Part shown: piece by piece, positions 59,715-64,000 of the stretch
Layout: every line of letters starts with the position of its first letter
Numbering within the stretch: the first letter of the stretch is position 1
NCBI GenBank assembly: GCA_036785375.1
Contig: JAWMAR010000120.1
Coordinates: forward strand, 5,146,001-5,210,000
Length of the DNA stretch: 64,000 nucleotides
Reading direction: 5' to 3'
Source of the DNA: Leucoraja ocellata
Taxonomy: Eukaryota
Notes under the pieces: model-generated
What the model saw: the letters and a program-made list of their open reading frames with translations, nothing else
Told to the model about the DNA's origin: nothing
Databases searched by the model: none
Position numbers and translations under genes: made by a program

Positions 59715-60540
59715 TTTATTTGTCACATTTATTTGTCACATGTGCCAGTTGGCACAGTGAAATGTGTGATCACCATACAACCATATAATAAAAATAAAGA
59801 ACTCAACATAAAACATCCCCACCTAGCAGAATCAAAAGTTTCCTTCTGTGAGGGAAGGCACCAAAGTCAGTCATCTTCCTCTAATGTTCCTGATGTTCAC
59901 CCATGGTCAGGGCCTCCCGAGCCCTCCGCTGTCGCCGCTCCGGGCGGCCCGATGTTCAGGCCCGCTCGCTGGGGTGATGGAAGTCCGACGTCGGGACTGG
60001 AGGACCTCCTCAGCGGATTGGACATCCGAGTCGGGCACCTCCTACCAGAGTCCGCGGCTCCCAAAGTCCGCAGGCCGAGCTGGGTGGAGATGCAATGCTA
60101 GCGGCCCTCGGCAAAGGGATCCCAGGACTCCATGATGTTGGTCAGCGCTGCCCACGCTGGAAGCTCCCCCAAACCACAGCGCAGCGATGTTGGAGCAGTG
60201 CTCAATGCTCTGGAGCTCAAAACGGCGAACCAGGTAGGCATAGCCCGCTCCGCGGTGAATCCAGCGCTGCGCCGCCGCTGTTGAAGCTCCCCGGCAGAAA
60301 AGGCCGCGCCAATCCAGGTGGTAGGCCACGAGGAGAGGGGCGAGGACGCGGCTCAGAGAATAGTTGCGTCCCCGAAAGGAAGTGACTGGGAAACAGTTTC
60401 CTCCTTACCCTACCCCCTTCCCCCACATAGAAAAGTTAAAGATTCCCCAAAACAAACTTTAAAACTGACTAAAAATAATAAAAGATTGAAAAACAAACGG
60501 ACTGTAGGCAGAGGCTGCCTTCAATGCGGCGCCCCTAGTG
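59715..60540 (-). mobile_element. GC-rich non-autonomous retroelement with Rex/L2-like tail
   Basis: tttatttgtcacatgt...cagtgaaa tail shared with Rex ends; CpG-rich non-coding body. Confidence 0.5.
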
Positions 60541-61389
60541 GACACTACACTAGTCAACTGGGAGATTCCCAGATATGATGATTCCTTGGGATCCCTAGTG
60601 ATATGATGTACGTTCCACTGCAGTAGATAGGGTAGTGCAGTCCAACAGGTGGTATACAGAAGAGAAACTCGTATCAGGATCTGGAGGTAACCAAACAATC
60701 ACACCAGGCACACGTGCATCAGTGGTTCCAGCATCTGACGATCATGGATGCAGAGAGGAGGAAGATCACATGTGATCAGTACCAGAAGCCAGATGTGGCT
60801 CAACACAGACCAGAATTCAGAGGAGCATCCAGGATTGTGGGTAGAACCGGATCCCAAAGGATACTCCACTAATCCAAGCTTCTAGACAACTTTTTGCTAA
60901 AAGAAAGCTCTATGACTAGAACATTTTGCATGTTTTCTCTATTTTATTCTTTTTTTCATTACTGTAGAAGCGATGTAACATATATTCAGGAGGTCAGGCA
61001 GCACGTGACCGCTTGAATGGAGATACAAAATTAATGTTTCACATCAAGGACTTTGTCCTTGGAAAGAGTAAAAATGTGTTGTTTGTGAGGTGCAGAGAAG
61101 GGGAGTGAGGGATTGATATGGCAAAGGGAATATCGGTCAAAGGATTAAACCATAGTAGCCGTGGAGATAAACTGTAGGGGAGGTTATCCAATTAGTGGGT
61201 TAATGGGACAGTTAGAGAGAGAGAGAGAGAATCAGAACAATATAAAAGGTATGAAATATGCATGGTTGGTGGATGAGAACACAATGAAAGGAATGTAAAA
61301 GTTGCAAAATACAAATCTGTGGAACACAATAGCAGGTCAGGTTATGACATATGATGAAAGAATGGGTGACTGACATATGATGAAAGAAT

Positions 61390-61825
61390 GGGTCAACTGG
61401 GCTTATGTTCACTGGAATTTAGAAGGGTGAGAGGGGTCGAAATATATCAAACTTTTAAAGGATTGGACAGGCTAGCTGCAGGAAAAATGTTCCCGATGTT
61501 GAAGGAGTCCAGAACTAGGGGTCACAGTTTAAGAATAAGGAGTAGGTCATTTAGGACTTTGATGAAGAAAAACTTTTTCACCCAGATAGTTGTGAATCTG
61601 TGGAATTCTCTGGCACAGAATGCAGTGGAGGCCAATTCACTGGATGTTTTCAAGAGAGAGTTAGATCTAGCTCTTAGGGCTAAAGGAATCAAGGGATTTG
61701 GGGAAAAAGCAACAAAGAGGTACTGATTTTAGATAATCAGTCATGATCATATTAAATGGCCATGCTGGCTCAAAGGGCCGAATGGCCTACTCCTGCACCT
61801 ATCTTTCTTTGTTTTCTATGTCTTC
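61390..61825 (+). mobile_element. CR1 3' fragment
   Basis: LGLCSLEFRRVRG...SRTRGHSLRI...FFTQIVVNLWNSL. Confidence 0.9.
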
Positions 61826-61859
61826 TGTGCTCATAGAGAGAAGCCAAATCTATATCATG

Positions 61860-62990
61860 GGTGAACTGGCCAGTTGATGCAGGAATAGCACTCTACCTGT
61901 TGTAGAATTTAAGTCCAAAAGGCTGCAAGGTGCCCAGATGGAAGACAAGGTGCTGTTTCAGAAGCTCACAACAGTGCAAAAGGCCGTTGGTCAGAGTGGG
62001 AGTGAAATGGAGAACTAAAGTGACAGGAAATCTGGGATTACTCCTGCATAATGATTGTAGTGCTCCCAATCTGTAATTGGTGTCTTCATTGCAGAGGAGA
62101 CTATATTTTGAACACTAAATACTGTACCCTAAATTGGAAGAAGTGCAAGTGATTCCTTAGATGGTGGGAAGGGAAGAGGTAAAAATACATGATCTTTAAG
62201 GTGAGGGGAAAGATTTAATAGGAACCTGAGAGATAACTTTTTTACACAAATGGTGGTGGGTGTATGGTGGCAGCTGCCGGAGGAGGTAGCAACATTTTAG
62301 AAACATTTATACTGGTACATGCATAGGACAGGTTTAGAGGAATATGGGCAAAACGCAGACAGTCACGGTGGCACAGCGACAGAGTTACTGCTTTACAGCA
62401 AATGCAGCGCCGGAGATCTGGGTTCGATCCCGACTACGGGTGCTGTCTGTATGGAGTTTGTAGGTTCTCACCGTGATCTGCGTTGGTTTTCTCCAAGATC
62501 TTTGGTTTCCTCCCACACTCCAAAGACGTACAGGTTTGTAGGTTAATTGGCTTGATAAAAATGTAAAATTGTCCAAGTTGGCGATATGCAGAGTACTGCC
62601 CTGTCGACTACAAAATTCAGAAGATTTAGAAGGTAATGTAGATGGGACATGTTGGGCAGTGTGGGCAAGTTGGGCCAATGGGCCTGATTCTACACTGTAT
62701 GACTCTATAAATGAGCCACATTTTGTTTAATTGCATGAGGAGGTGGTGTGAGAAGGGGAGTCATTGGTGGAGACAGACTTGCAGAGTAGGGAATTGGGAA
62801 GGGTCCCATTCCATTGAAATGCTGAAAGGGGAGGGGAGGTAAAGATGTGTCTGGTGATGGAATCTCCTGGAAGCTGGCCGTGACTATCAATGCAAAGGCT
62901 ACTACGATGGAGAGTGACCACCAGGAACTCTCTGTCCTACCCCATCCATTCCCCACCCCATCTTTGCTGCTTAACCTATTGAGTGTCCAA
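61860..62990 (-). mobile_element. Decayed Penelope-like fragments (61860-62180 and 62730-62990) flanking the CR1/SINE
   Basis: Relics similar to the 50.3-50.9 kb element (DSITRHIFTSPPLSAF). Confidence 0.5.
62185..62710 (+). mobile_element. CR1 3' end with a SINE (~62360-62580) inserted
   Basis: The CR1 UTR is interrupted by gtcacggtggcacagcg...gggttcgatccc and resumes at ~62635. Confidence 0.8.
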
Positions 62991-64000
62991 AGGTGAATTG
63001 TGCTATATCATCCCTCTTTTAAGAATTGACCAGCTGCCCCCTATACCGACTAAACAATTTGGGAAAAGCTTCCAGTAAGTCTGTCACTTTGTAGAGGAAC
63101 TGCCAGCTTGCCACTGTGCAGTAAGTGCATGGTGCTCTATGTACTTAATAAAGTAATATGTGTTAATAAAGCACTCTGCTGGTTTAACTTACCAGCTATC
63201 TTCCAATATCCTAGAAAGTAATACTGATAACAAAATTGGGATTTGTGTTTTATCACAGAGATTAACTGATGCAATGACCATTGGATATTTTAAAATGGAA
63301 ATCAGACTACAGATTGGAAGCAGAGGTATATATGGACAGGGCAATAGGATTTTGAATTACTAAAGCTACATAGCCAAATTAGTGAATGGCATTCCACACT
63401 CCATTGCTTCTACAGCTTGTATTGGGACTTGTTAGTAAAAAATATATCTGATCTTATGAACAAATATAGAAAGCAAAGTTAGATTCAGAAATAATTGCAT
63501 TAATCTGTAAGGTTGTGGCAGGACAAGACAAAACGGACATCAAATTTACATTTGAGGCTAAAACATTATTTTCTCCACAGCATCGGACATAAACAATTAG
63601 TGTGAGTAGTGAACGTGAACACCTGAGGGAAGTGTGAGGAAAAATTTTAAATGGAAAAAAATCTACCAGTCTTTCTGATAGATGAGCTCGGCTGAATCAA
63701 ATGGCTTTCCTCATCCTCATTTGTCTCGTGATGATGTGATTGTCGATGTAAGAAAAGATGAGGAGAAGAAATCATTAAATTATTGTGCAACAATGGTAAG
63801 AAAGTTCTGTTTGAATTATTCAATATAATTTGTTTTATGGCTGTGCGGAATCAACTTTCAACAATCAATTAATTGAAATTTGATTCCAGTCGTGTCACGT
63901 TTCTTGTCATGTGCATAAGTATGGTGAAATACAGGTGCAGTTACAAACAAGAGAAAATAAAGAGTAAAGAATTCTGTCCTTCGCAAGCCCATGCTAAATC

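Overview
This is eukaryotic, repeat-dense vertebrate DNA with two N-gaps and no recognisable host gene, tRNA, rRNA or CRISPR array. The repeat set (HE1/V-SINE-like tRNA SINEs, many CR1 LINEs, Rex-Babar, RTE, Tx1, Penelope) suggests a cartilaginous fish such as a skate or ray; this is inference. Almost all listed ORFs are transposon remnants or low-complexity artefacts. Main observations: (1) a decayed minus-strand endogenous retrovirus at 1-3.1 kb with a 2H-phosphoesterase (CNPase-like, two HxT motifs) domain directly after the protease, which the ORF track misses; (2) a ~4.9 kb foldback DNA element with long diverged inverted arms and an 8-9 bp TSD that splits a CR1 tail; (3) many short Penelope-derived repeats carrying minimal hammerhead-ribozyme motifs, several as two-strand palindromes; (4) nested and chimeric Helitrons carrying a TATA-Inr-splice-donor module; (5) two copies of a 1.04 kb TAG...CTA DNA element with 7-bp TSDs; (6) a bipartite RTE derivative. 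Coordinates of old repeats were read by eye and are approximate.
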